In this document: one piece after another, positions 1 through 9,040 of the stretch
Numbering within the stretch: the stretch's first letter is position 1
How the letters are laid out: every line of letters begins with the position of its first letter
Origin: Shinella sp.
GTDB taxonomy: Bacteria > Pseudomonadota > Alphaproteobacteria > Rhizobiales > Rhizobiaceae
Assembly (NCBI GenBank): GCA_052438035.1
Contig: JBQVPF010000013.1
Coordinates: 28,532-92,531, forward strand
Direction of reading: 5' to 3'
Length of the DNA stretch: 64,000 nt
Notes under the pieces: model-generated
Database searches by the model: none
The model's input: only the letters and a program-made list of their open reading frames with translations
What the model was told of the DNA's origin: nothing
Position numbers and translations under genes: made by a program

Positions 1-1
1 C

Positions 2-883
2 AACCACGCCACCAACGAAGAGGTCATGGGCAAGCTGATGGCGAGCGGCGGCAAGGGCTATGACGTCGTCTTCGTCTCCTCGCCCTTCGCCGAAATCCTG
101 AACGGGCAGGGGCTCGCCGAGCCGATCGACAAGGCCGCCGTGCCGAACCTCGCCAATCTCTACCCGGAAGCGACGGCGCTCGCCTATGACCCGGGCAACG
201 CCTTTTCCGTGCCCTATACCTGGGGCACGACGGGTCTCTGCTATCGCTCCGACCTCGTCGAAGGCACGCCGGACAGCTGGATGAACCTGCTGCAGCCGAC
301 GGACAAGCTGAAGGGCAAGACCACGATGCTCGCCACCGACCGCTGGCTGATGGCGGCGGGCGAACTGGCCAAGGGCTTTTCGGTCAACGAGAAGGATCCG
401 GCGAAGCTGGAAGAGGTGAAAAACCTCCTGGTCGAGGCGAAGAAAACCTTGCTCGCCTATGACGACACCACCTTCTATTCCAAGCTCGTTTCGGCGGAAG
501 CCTCGCTGGTGCAGGCCTGGGACGGATGGTGCAATTACGGCATTACCGAGAACAAGGACATCAAGTTCGTCGTGCCGAAGGAAGGCTCCGACCTCTGGAT
601 CGACACGATCGTCGTGATGAAGAGCTCGGAAAACAAGGAAGCGGCGATGAAGTTCATCAACTTCATCCTCGACGCCAAGAACCATGCCTGGGCGGCCCAG
701 AACATCCTTTACAAGGTGCCGAACAAGGCGGCGATGGAAAGCCTCGACAAGGCTCTGGCCGAGCAGTACCCGAACATGGCGATGGCCCCGGCAGAGCTCG
801 TCAAATACGAGCTGCTGCGTGATCTCGGCACCGCGCAAAAAGACTATTCCCGCATCGTGAGCGAGATCAAGGCCGCGAACTGA
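2..883 (+). CDS. ABC transporter periplasmic substrate-binding protein, PotD/PotF (polyamine) family; 5' end cut by window edge
   Basis: Frame is open from the window edge to TGA 881-883. Translation (GYDVVFVSSPFAE, VPYTWGTTGLCYRSDL, SDLWIDTIVVMKSSENKEAAMKFINF) looks like PotD/PotF SBPs. Two permeases and an ATPase follow. Confidence 0.85.
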   Translation, partial: NHATNEEVMGKLMASGGKGYDVVFVSSPFAEILNGQGLAEPIDKAAVPNLANLYPEATALAYDPGNAFSVPYTWGTTGLCYRSDLVEGTPDSWMNLLQPTDKLKGKTTMLATDRWLMAAGELAKGFSVNEKDPAKLEEVKNLLVEAKKTLLAYDDTTFYSKLVSAEASLVQAWDGWCNYGITENKDIKFVVPKEGSDLWIDTIVVMKSSENKEAAMKFINFILDAKNHAWAAQNILYKVPNKAAMESLDKALAEQYPNMAMAPAELVKYELLRDLGTAQKDYSRIVSEIKAAN

Positions 884-944
884 TCGCGCGCCTCCTCCGT
901 GGCGGTTCGCGCTGCCACGGGCATTTCCAATCCTGAACCCATTG

Positions 945-1850
945 ATGCGCGGGCGCCGGTTGCGGCCCCGCGGGAGCACAATATTGTCCATCAACGCCAC
1001 CAGACCGACCCTGCTCGCCGCGCCCGGCGTCGCCTGGCTCGTCGCCTTCATGGTGGTGCCGTGCGTGCTGGTGTTGAGTTACGCCTTCTTCCAGCGCGGC
1101 GTCTGGGGCGGGGTGGAATACACGTTCACGCTGGAAAACTTCGCCCGCGTCGTCGATCCGCTCTATGCGAAGATTTTTCTCAATTCCGCGCGTATCGCGC
1201 TGACGGCGACGGTGGTCGCCATCCTCATCGCCTACCCGGCCGCCTATGCGATCTCGCGCGCGCCAAGGATGACGCAGCCGATCCTGCTGTTCTTCGCCGT
1301 GCTGCCCTTCTGGAGCAACTATCTCATCCGCACCTATGCCTGGATCGTGCTGCTCAACCGCGAGGGCCTGATCAACAATCTCTTGCGCACGCTGGGTTAC
1401 ACGGGCGAGCCACTGTCCATGCTCTATACAGAGAGTGCCGTCATCATCGGCCTCGTCTACAATTACCTGCCCTTCGTCATTCTCGCGATCTATTCCACGC
1501 TGTCGCGGTTGAACCCGGAGCTGATGGAGGCCTCACGGGATCTCGGCGCCGGTCCCGTCCGCACCTTCCTGCGTGTCACGCTGCCACTCACTTTGCCGGG
1601 CGTTGCGGCCGGTGGTGTCTTCGTCTTCGTGCTCTCCATCGGCAATTTCGTGACGCCGGCGCTGCTCGGCGGCGGTCGGTTCCAGATGGTCGGCAATCTT
1701 GTCTACGACCAGTTCCTGACGGCCAACGACTGGCCCTTCGGGGCGGCACTTGGCGCGGCCCTGATCCTGACCATGATCGTGCTGCTCCTTTTGCAGGCCC
1801 GCGCCACGGCCCATGCCTCCGGTGAGCGCAAAGGGGAGGTCGAGCGATGA
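945..1850 (+). CDS. ABC transporter permease (PotB/PotH-like)
   Basis: Multi-TM translation with an EAA-type loop (EASRDLGAGPVRTFLRVTLP). ATG at 945 (TTG 942 is an alternative). The stop overlaps the next start (ATGA at 1847-1850). Confidence 0.85.
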   Translation: MRGRRLRPRGSTILSINATRPTLLAAPGVAWLVAFMVVPCVLVLSYAFFQRGVWGGVEYTFTLENFARVVDPLYAKIFLNSARIALTATVVAILIAYPAAYAISRAPRMTQPILLFFAVLPFWSNYLIRTYAWIVLLNREGLINNLLRTLGYTGEPLSMLYTESAVIIGLVYNYLPFVILAIYSTLSRLNPELMEASRDLGAGPVRTFLRVTLPLTLPGVAAGGVFVFVLSIGNFVTPALLGGGRFQMVGNLVYDQFLTANDWPFGAALGAALILTMIVLLLLQARATAHASGERKGEVER

Positions 1851-2638
1851 GCGTCGCCCTTTCCGGAAAGCTGCCCGGCCGCATCGTACTCTTGCTGGTC
1901 TTCGGCTTCCTCTACCTGCCGATCGCCGTTCTGGTCTTGCTCTCGTTCAACGACAGCGGCTTGCCGACCTCCTGGCCCGGTTTTTCCACGCGCTGGTACG
2001 GCGCGTTGCTTGCCAATACCGATATTCTGCGCGCCGCCTGGAACACGCTGATCGTCGCCGTCTTCGCCACCGTGATCTCGACGGTACTCGGCACCCTGCT
2101 GGCACTCGGCATGGAAACGCGGCGACGCAAGAGCAACGGGCTGGAGGCGCTCGTCTTCGCGCCGATGGTCATCCCCGATATCGTGCTCGCCGTGGCGCTG
2201 CTCACCTTCTTCTCACGGCTTGGCCTCGCGATGGGGCTACACACGATCGTCATCAGCCACGTCATCTTCGACCTCGCCTTCGTCTGCTCGGTCGTGCGGG
2301 CGCGGCTGAAACATTTCGACTTCTCCATCGTCGAGGCTTCGCGCGATCTCGGCGCATCCGGCTGGACGACTTTCTGGCGCGTCACCTTCCCGGTGCTGCT
2401 GCCGTCAATCGTCGCGGGCGCGCTGCTCGCCTTCACGCTGTCGGTCGACGAGTTCATCATCGCCTTCTTCACGGCCGGTGCCGGACGCTCGTCGATCACC
2501 CTACCCATGCAGATCTATTCGATGATCCGCTTCGGCATCACGCCGGAGGTCAACGCGCTCGCCACCATCGTCATGGGCGTCAGCGCGACGGCACTCCTGA
2601 TCTCGCAATGGCTCAACAGAGAACAGCAGGTCCCATGA
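1847..2638 (+). CDS. ABC transporter permease (PotC/PotI-like)
   Basis: Multi-TM translation with EAA loop EASRDLGASGWTTFWRVTFP. ATGA start/stop overlaps on both sides (1847 and 2635). Confidence 0.85.
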   Translation: MSVALSGKLPGRIVLLLVFGFLYLPIAVLVLLSFNDSGLPTSWPGFSTRWYGALLANTDILRAAWNTLIVAVFATVISTVLGTLLALGMETRRRKSNGLEALVFAPMVIPDIVLAVALLTFFSRLGLAMGLHTIVISHVIFDLAFVCSVVRARLKHFDFSIVEASRDLGASGWTTFWRVTFPVLLPSIVAGALLAFTLSVDEFIIAFFTAGAGRSSITLPMQIYSMIRFGITPEVNALATIVMGVSATALLISQWLNREQQVP

Positions 2639-3687
2639 CGCCATCGAACAATCCAATTTTGCGCATCGAGGGCGTCGGCAAGACATTTGGCCCGGTTACA
2701 GCGGTCGACAATGTATCCCTCGATATCCGCGAAAACGAATTCTTCGCGCTGCTCGGCCCGTCCGGCTGCGGCAAGACCACGCTGCTGCGCATGCTGGCCG
2801 GCTTCGAGAGCCTGAATGCCGGGCGCATCCTGCTCGAGGGAAAGGACATCTCGCCACTGCCGCCGGAAAAGCGGCCGCTCAACCTGATGTTCCAGTCCTA
2901 CGCGCTCTTTCCGCATATGACCGTTCGGCAGAACCTCTCCTACGGCCTCGAAATGGAGCGCCTCCCCAAGGCCGATATCCGCCGCCGGGTCGACGACACG
3001 ATGGGCATGACGGACCTGACGCCCTTTGCCGACCGCAAGCCGGATCAGCTTTCCGGTGGGCAGAAACAGCGCGTGGCGCTCGCCCGTGCCCTGGTGAAGC
3101 GCCCGAAGGTGCTGCTGCTCGATGAGCCGCTGGGTGCGCTGGACAAGAAGCTGCGTGAGCGGATGCAGCTTGAACTGAAGCGCATGCAGAACGAGGCCGG
3201 AATCACCTTCATCATCGTCACCCACGACCAGGAAGAGGCACTGGTCATGGCCGATCGCATGGCGATCCTCAAGGACGGTCGCCTGTTGCAGGTCGGCGCA
3301 CCGGAAGAGGTCTACGAACGGCCGGCCGACCGCTTCGTCGCGAATTTCATCGGCGTCATGAATTTCATCGACGGCAAGGTGGGCGCGGATGGCGTCTTTG
3401 CGGCGGAAGGTTTGCAGGTAAAGGCCGCGGGTGGAAAACCCGGAGCGGCGACGCTCGCCATCCGCCCGGAAAACATCGTCATCGGCCCACCGGGCGGTCA
3501 TCCGGTCGCCGGCACGATCACCGATATCGCCTATCACGGGCTCGACCGGGTGCTGCATGTCAAAACGGCCGCTGCCGAAACGCCACTCCAGGTCCGCATC
3601 CCCGCGAGCGGGGCGGGCAACTGGAAGATCGGCGACGCGTTGAGCCTCAAGCTCGACCCGGCGAAATGCCGGCTCTTCAATGAATAA
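2635..3687 (+). CDS. ABC transporter ATP-binding protein (PotA/PotG-like)
   Basis: Walker A GPSGCGKTT, signature LSGGQKQR, Walker B LLLDEP. The true start is the ATG at 2635 inside the longer 1813..3687 ORF, whose N-terminal part is Arg/Pro-rich shadow sequence over the permease gene. Confidence 0.9.
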   Translation: MTPSNNPILRIEGVGKTFGPVTAVDNVSLDIRENEFFALLGPSGCGKTTLLRMLAGFESLNAGRILLEGKDISPLPPEKRPLNLMFQSYALFPHMTVRQNLSYGLEMERLPKADIRRRVDDTMGMTDLTPFADRKPDQLSGGQKQRVALARALVKRPKVLLLDEPLGALDKKLRERMQLELKRMQNEAGITFIIVTHDQEEALVMADRMAILKDGRLLQVGAPEEVYERPADRFVANFIGVMNFIDGKVGADGVFAAEGLQVKAAGGKPGAATLAIRPENIVIGPPGGHPVAGTITDIAYHGLDRVLHVKTAAAETPLQVRIPASGAGNWKIGDALSLKLDPAKCRLFNE

Positions 3688-3700
3688 AGAGGGAAACACC

Positions 3701-4993
3701 ATGTCCAAGACCATAGCATTCTTCCCGGAAGCGGCCTTCGGCCCGGCGCTGAACTCGGTCGGCATTGCCCAGGCCGTCGAGGCGCTCGGCCACAAGGCTG
3801 TCTTCCTCTCCGACCCCGGCTTCGTTTCCGTCTATGAGGGCTACGGTTTCGAGGCGCACGCCGTGAACCTCTCCGAACCCATGCCGCCGGAGCAGATGGC
3901 GAAATTCTGGGAGGATTTCATCAACGGCCACATCCCGAATTTCCGCAAATCCCCCTACGACCAGGTCGACAACTATGTGAAGGATTGCTGGACGGCGATC
4001 GTCGACAGCGCCAAGTGGGCGCAGAAGGACCTGCCGGGCGTGCTGGCAAGGATCAAGCCGGACCTCATCTGCGTCGACAACGTCATTCTCTTCCCGGCAA
4101 TCAAGCAGTTCGGCAAGCCCTGGGTGCGCATCATCTCCTGCTCGGAAAACGAGATCGAGGATCCAAAAATCCCGCCGCATCTTTCCGGTTGCGAGGAGAA
4201 GGATTTTTCGGGCCATGCGGCGTATCGCGATCACTTCAACGCCGTGATCAAGCCGATCCATGACGATTTCAACGGCTTCCTTGGCGAGAACGGCGAGGCG
4301 GCTTACCCGATTGGCCAGTTCTTCGAGGCTTCGCCCTTCATGAATCTGCTGCTCTATCCGGAAGCGGTAAAATTCGAGCGCGAACATCCGCTCGATCCAA
4401 AGCAGTTCCAGTATCTCGAAGGCTGCGTGCGCAAGGAAAAACCCTACGAGGTGCCGGCGTTCTCCGAAAACAACGACAAGCCGTTGCTTTATATTTCCTT
4501 CGGCTCGCTCGGAGCGGGGGACACCGATCTCCTGAAGCGCCTGATTGCGACGATCGGCAAGTTGCCCTATCGCGCGCTGGTCAATGTCGGCGACTACAAG
4601 GACCAGTATGAGGACCTGCCGGGCAACATCATCGTCGACAGCTGGTTCCCGCAGCCGTCCCTCATTCCGCAGGTCGATGCGGTCATCCATCACGGTGGCA
4701 ACAACTCGTTCACGGAGTGCCTCTATTTCGGCAAACCGGCGATCATCATGCCCTATGTCTGGGATGGCCACGACAACGCGACCCGCGTCGACGAGACCGG
4801 CCACGGCTTCAAGATGCCGCGCTATGACTGGGCGAATGCGGATCTCGCCGCCAAGCTCGATGCCTGCGTCAACAACCCGACCATGAAGACACGCCTTGCC
4901 GCCACCAGCGCGCATATGCAGGCGCGCAACGGCCCGAAGAAGGCCGCCGGCATTCTCGACGAACTTGTGAAGACGGGTGCCTACAATGGTTGA
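3701..4993 (+). CDS. GT1-family glycosyltransferase (UDP-glycosyltransferase / MGT-like)
   Basis: C-terminal nucleotide-sugar motif region VIHHGGNNSFTECLYFGKPAIIMPYVWDGHDNATRV is typical of GT1/MGT enzymes. ATG 3701 is preceded by AGAGGGAAA. It lies 14 nt after the ATPase stop. Confidence 0.75.
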   Translation: MSKTIAFFPEAAFGPALNSVGIAQAVEALGHKAVFLSDPGFVSVYEGYGFEAHAVNLSEPMPPEQMAKFWEDFINGHIPNFRKSPYDQVDNYVKDCWTAIVDSAKWAQKDLPGVLARIKPDLICVDNVILFPAIKQFGKPWVRIISCSENEIEDPKIPPHLSGCEEKDFSGHAAYRDHFNAVIKPIHDDFNGFLGENGEAAYPIGQFFEASPFMNLLLYPEAVKFEREHPLDPKQFQYLEGCVRKEKPYEVPAFSENNDKPLLYISFGSLGAGDTDLLKRLIATIGKLPYRALVNVGDYKDQYEDLPGNIIVDSWFPQPSLIPQVDAVIHHGGNNSFTECLYFGKPAIIMPYVWDGHDNATRVDETGHGFKMPRYDWANADLAAKLDACVNNPTMKTRLAATSAHMQARNGPKKAAGILDELVKTGAYNG

Positions 4994-5348
4994 GACGACA
5001 AAATCCTCGGCGCCGCATATTTACGAGGCCACGACGTTCTCCGACCTCGTCGACTGGGGCGACCAGCCGGATAGCCTGGAGGGTCAATCCCATTCCTCCG
5101 GCCGGCTCGTCTTCAAGGGGCCAAACAACCAGCCGGAATCCGGCATCTGGGTCTGCACGCCCGGCCGCTGGCGGCTGTCGATCCCGCGCGACGAGTTCTG
5201 CCATTTCGTGGCAGGACGGGCGGTCTATCGTTCGGATGAGGGCGAGGTGATCGAGGTCGAGGCCGGCACCGTCGTCCTGTTCCGGGCCGGCTGGACCGGC
5301 GAATGCACTGTCATCGAGACCATGCGCAATATCTACATGCTGGCCTGA
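4986..5348 (+). CDS. Cupin-domain protein (DUF861 / Cupin_3, EutQ-like), copy 1
   Basis: About 120 aa with GIWVCTPGRW...DEFCHFVAGR...GEVIEV...GECTV, typical of small DUF861 cupins. ATG 4986 overlaps the GT stop (ATGGTTGA). GTG 4977 is an alternative start. Confidence 0.7.
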   Translation: MVETTKSSAPHIYEATTFSDLVDWGDQPDSLEGQSHSSGRLVFKGPNNQPESGIWVCTPGRWRLSIPRDEFCHFVAGRAVYRSDEGEVIEVEAGTVVLFRAGWTGECTVIETMRNIYMLA

Positions 5349-5377
5349 CGCGAACAGAAAATGAAAGGAAACTCCCA

Positions 5378-5725
5378 ATGACCGCGACACCTCTGATGCG
5401 CAAACCGCTCGAAGAAACCGACCTCAAGGACTGGGGCGTGATCCCCACAATGATCGAGGGCGAAAGCCGCACCTCCGGCAAGGTCATCTACAAAGGCCCG
5501 AACGGCGAATCCGAGAGCGGCCTGTGGATCTGCACGCCGGGAAAGTGGTTCTGCCACGTTACCAGCGACGAGTTCTGCCACTTCCTCGAAGGCCGTTGCA
5601 CCTATGTGCATGAAAGCGGTGAGGTGATCGAGATCACGCCGGATACCGCAGCCTTCTTCCCGAAGGACTGGAAGGGCGAGTGCACCGTCCATGAGACGGT
5701 GAAGAAGGTCTACATGATCCGCTAA
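5378..5725 (+). CDS. Cupin-domain protein (DUF861 / Cupin_3), copy 2, tandem paralog
   Basis: About half of aligned residues are identical to copy 1 by eye (GLWICTPGKW...DEFCHFLEGR...GEVIEI...GECTV). ATG 5378 is preceded by GAAAGGAAA. Confidence 0.75.
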   Translation: MTATPLMRKPLEETDLKDWGVIPTMIEGESRTSGKVIYKGPNGESESGLWICTPGKWFCHVTSDEFCHFLEGRCTYVHESGEVIEITPDTAAFFPKDWKGECTVHETVKKVYMIR

Positions 5726-5890
5726 CGGGGCACCCCCTCATCCGGCCCTTCGGGCCCCCTTCTCCCCACGGGGATGAGAGGAAGAAGCACCAGGTGAAGC
5801 TCGACATCGCCGCACACGCGGCCTCCCCCTCTCCCCTCGGGGAGAGGGTAGGGTAAGAGGGCCGCCGCCGCCGACAGCATAGGAATGAAA
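5726..5890. repeat. REP-like structured intergenic element (nested GC-rich hairpins)
   Basis: Hairpins include GGCCC-TTC-GGGCC, CCTTCTCCCC-ACG-GGGATGAGAGG and the perfect CCCTCTCCCC-TCG-GGGGAGAGGG. The style matches intergenic palindromic repeats common in Rhizobiales genomes. Confidence 0.55.
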
Positions 5891-5892
5891 CG

Positions 5893-7398
5893 ATGTTCAA
5901 TCCCGCCGACCCCGTGTTTTACCAGCATCCAGCCTATATCCCGAGCAGAGGCGTGCGCCACACGGTGATCGACCCCGCCACGCTCGCGACCGTCGGCACC
6001 ATCGCCGACACGACGCTGGCGGAGATGGAAACGGTGCTCGACGTCGCCGCGAAGGCGCAGCGCGACTGGAAGCGGCTCGACGCCAAGTCCCGCGCGACGA
6101 TCCTCCACCGCATCGCCAATCGCATCGAGGCGACCGACATGCGGCACTGCGCGGAACTGATGTCGCGCGAAATGGGAAAACCCTATCCGGAGGCGATCGG
6201 CGAGGTGGCGAATTGCGCCGGGGCCTTCCGCTATTTCGCGGAAATGGCGCGCGACGAGGCCGGCAAGGTCGCAGGCACGACGCAGGCGGGCTCCTTCCAG
6301 CATGCGCGCTACGAGGCGCTCGGCACCAGCGTGCACATCATGCCGTTCAATTTTCCGATCCTGCTGATGTGCTGGACGGTCGCCGCGTCGCTTGCCTCCG
6401 GCAATGCCTGCATCATCAAGCCCGCACCGGCGACGACGCTATCGACGCTGGAGTTCATGCAGGTTTTCGAAGCGCTGCCGGAAGGCCTGATCGCCTGCCT
6501 GCCGGGTGGAGTGGAGCTTGGCAGCGCCCTGATCGTGTCTTCAAAAACCCATGCGGTGGCCTTCACCGGTTCGGTTGCCGCCGGCAAGGCTGTGGCCATG
6601 GCCGCAGCGGCTGAGATGAAGCCTGCCGTCATCGAGGCCGGCGGCTCGGATCCGATGATCATCACCGCACATGCGCCGCTCGACGTGGCCGCCGCCGGTG
6701 CCGTCACCGCGGCCTTCCACATGTCCGGCCAGGTTTGTACCTCGGCGGAGCGCTTCTTCGTCGTTGATGCGGTGCATGACGAATTCGTCGAAAAATTCAT
6801 TGCGGAAACGAAGCGCCTGCGCATCGGCAACGGGCTCACCCGCGCGGAAATCGGCCCGCTCGTCAGCGAGGCGGCGCGGGCGAAGGTCATCCGGCTGGTC
6901 GAGGATGCCAAGGCGAAGGGCGCGACCGTCGTGATCGGTGGAAAGATATCGGAGAGCGAGCCCGTCGGCTGGTTCTACGAGCCGACGATCCTGACGAACT
7001 GCACGCCGGACATGGCGATCCTGCGCGAGGAGTGTTTCGGTCCTGTTGCCGCCGTCATGCGGGTCGCTGATTTCGACGAGGCGATCGAGCGAGCGAACGA
7101 CAGCGAATTCGGCCTAGGGGCTTCCGTCTTCACCACGTCACTCGAAGAGGCGATGGAGGCGGCGGACCGGCTGGAGGCGGGCATGGTGTGGATCAACAAT
7201 CCGCTGATCGACAACGACGCATTGCCCTTCGGTGGCTGGAAGAAATCCGGCCTTGGGCGGGAGCTTTCGAAGCTCGGCCTCGATGTCTTCCGCCGCTCCA
7301 AGATGGTCATCATCGACCACAAGCCAGTGATACAGAGCTGGTGGTATCCCTATCCGGACGATTGGTTCTACGAGGAGGGCGGGCGCAAGCACGTCTGA
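5893..7398 (+). CDS. NAD(P)-dependent aldehyde dehydrogenase family protein
   Basis: 501 aa. Motifs FTGSVAAGK, catalytic-Glu region IEAGGSDP, catalytic-Cys region GQVCTSAERFFV, and FGGWKKSGLGRE near the C-terminus. Confidence 0.9.
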   Translation: MFNPADPVFYQHPAYIPSRGVRHTVIDPATLATVGTIADTTLAEMETVLDVAAKAQRDWKRLDAKSRATILHRIANRIEATDMRHCAELMSREMGKPYPEAIGEVANCAGAFRYFAEMARDEAGKVAGTTQAGSFQHARYEALGTSVHIMPFNFPILLMCWTVAASLASGNACIIKPAPATTLSTLEFMQVFEALPEGLIACLPGGVELGSALIVSSKTHAVAFTGSVAAGKAVAMAAAAEMKPAVIEAGGSDPMIITAHAPLDVAAAGAVTAAFHMSGQVCTSAERFFVVDAVHDEFVEKFIAETKRLRIGNGLTRAEIGPLVSEAARAKVIRLVEDAKAKGATVVIGGKISESEPVGWFYEPTILTNCTPDMAILREECFGPVAAVMRVADFDEAIERANDSEFGLGASVFTTSLEEAMEAADRLEAGMVWINNPLIDNDALPFGGWKKSGLGRELSKLGLDVFRRSKMVIIDHKPVIQSWWYPYPDDWFYEEGGRKHV

Positions 7399-7425
7399 CA
7401 CCGGCAATTCTTTGAGGAAAACACA

Positions 7426-8613
7426 ATGATCATCACCCTTCTTGGCGGCGCGGGCTTCATGGGCGCGGGCATCGTGCGCGACCTCCTTTCCGACCGCGCC
7501 ATCATCGACATCACGACCATCCGCCTCTGCGATGCCTCGCGGGAGAAGATGGAGGCGCTGGCAAAGGAGCTTGGCGATCCGCGCGTCACGCTGGTCGATC
7601 TCGACGTGACGAATGCCGCGGCTTTGAACGCCGCGATTGCCGGCGCCGATATCTGCATCAATTGCGTGCCGACCCTGCTCGGCTTCCAGATGACAATCTT
7701 TGAGGCCGCACTTGCGCTCAAGGTGCCCTACATGGATCTCGGCGGCCTCGGCACCTACACGGTCAAGCAAATTGCCCAGCATGAGCGCTTCAAGGCGGCC
7801 GGCTTGCCGGCGGTCATCGGCTGCGGTGCGGATCCCGGCATGTCGAACGTCATCTGCCGGGCGGTCGCCGATGAACTGGACGAGATCGACAAGATCAACC
7901 TCTACTGGGCAGCGGAACTGGTCGGAGACGAGAACCCGGTGCTCGTGCCGCCCTACAGCGTGTCGACCGTGCTTGCCGAATACGCCCATGCGAGCACGCA
8001 ATTTTACGGCGGTAAACATGTCGAATGCGCGCCGATGAGCGGTAGCGAGTTCCTCGACCTGCCGGAGCCGTGGGGCCGTTGCGAATTCATGCATTCCCCG
8101 CATTCCGAGCAGCTGACGGTGCCGCTTGCTGATGGCATCCGCGAGAAGGGCATCAAGGAGTTTTCCTGGAAGCTGCATCTGCCGCACCGCGAGCATGAGG
8201 CCTGGGTTGGCCTCGTGAAGGCCGGCTTCGGCGATTTCGACGAGCCGGTGGAGATCGGCGGCGTCAAGGTCAAGCCGCTCGACGTTCTGAACAAGGTGAT
8301 CGAGCGCAATATCCGCAAAAACGCGGAAAAGATCCCGGCGCAGGACAGCCACGAGATCCATTTCGCGATCGGCCGCGGCCGCAAGGACGGAGTGGAACGC
8401 ACCGTGCGCGTCGAGGTCACGGTCTCGCCGGATCCGATCTATGCACCCTATGTCGATGCCTGCACCTCGATGAATGCGTCCATCGCCGCCCAGCTTATCC
8501 TGTCCATGCCGAGGAAACCGGGTGTCCATGCACCGGAAAGCTACTTTGACATCGCGACCTATTTCCCGGAACTGGAAAAACGGAAGTTTCGTATCGCGAA
8601 AATCGTCACATGA
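7426..8613 (+). CDS. Saccharopine dehydrogenase family NAD(P)-binding oxidoreductase
   Basis: N-terminal Rossmann motif MIITLLGGAGFMGAGIV. The ~395 aa size and GCGADPGMSNV segment are typical of the Sacchrp_dh family, which also contains carboxy(nor)spermidine dehydrogenases. Confidence 0.7.
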   Translation: MIITLLGGAGFMGAGIVRDLLSDRAIIDITTIRLCDASREKMEALAKELGDPRVTLVDLDVTNAAALNAAIAGADICINCVPTLLGFQMTIFEAALALKVPYMDLGGLGTYTVKQIAQHERFKAAGLPAVIGCGADPGMSNVICRAVADELDEIDKINLYWAAELVGDENPVLVPPYSVSTVLAEYAHASTQFYGGKHVECAPMSGSEFLDLPEPWGRCEFMHSPHSEQLTVPLADGIREKGIKEFSWKLHLPHREHEAWVGLVKAGFGDFDEPVEIGGVKVKPLDVLNKVIERNIRKNAEKIPAQDSHEIHFAIGRGRKDGVERTVRVEVTVSPDPIYAPYVDACTSMNASIAAQLILSMPRKPGVHAPESYFDIATYFPELEKRKFRIAKIVT

Positions 8614-8773
8614 CGGCCGTGTGAAACGCCAGTTTACGAGTATGGCGAAATTGAGAAAAAATACCCTACCAATCTTATAGGGATAATATATAAATAGTCC
8701 CAGAGAACGGGCGGGCATGAGTGTCCGTCCAGGAGAGACCGGAAATTCGGCCTCCGCAGCAAGGGATGATGGC

Positions 8774-8935
8774 ATGAGCAGTACGAAACTCGGCGGCCGT
8801 TCTACGTTTGGTTCCTTTAGCGCGGTCAATGATCGCCGTGCCCGCCGCGCAGAGCGGCAGGTCCTCGTGAACAACATCATCGTCGCCGGTGCTTTCCTCT
8901 TCGTCAGTGCAGTGGTTTTCGGCCTCGTCGGCTGA
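8774..8935 (+). CDS. Small hypothetical tail-anchored membrane protein (53 aa)
   Basis: ATG 8774 is preceded by AAGGGA. A basic stretch RRARRAERQ is followed by one C-terminal TM helix VLVNNIIVAGAFLFVSAVVFGLVG. Third-codon positions are mostly G/C. No family recognised. A longer start at 8717 is possible. Confidence 0.35.
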   Translation: MSSTKLGGRSTFGSFSAVNDRRARRAERQVLVNNIIVAGAFLFVSAVVFGLVG

Positions 8936-9040
8936 ATTTTTTCCCCCGCTTTTTTAGGCCGAGCATGATCGTGTTTCATGCTCCCATCATATCCGGCTGC
9001 TGCCATTGTCTGGCAGCGGATATGCGATAGACATTATGCC

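Noticed and set aside
1813-2634. N-terminal 274-aa extension of the 1813..3687 ORF, which would give a 624-aa ATPase.
   Set aside because: The extension is Arg/His/Pro-rich and overlaps the PotC-like permease in another frame. The ATPase family sequence begins at ATG 2635, which forms an ATGA overlap with the permease stop.
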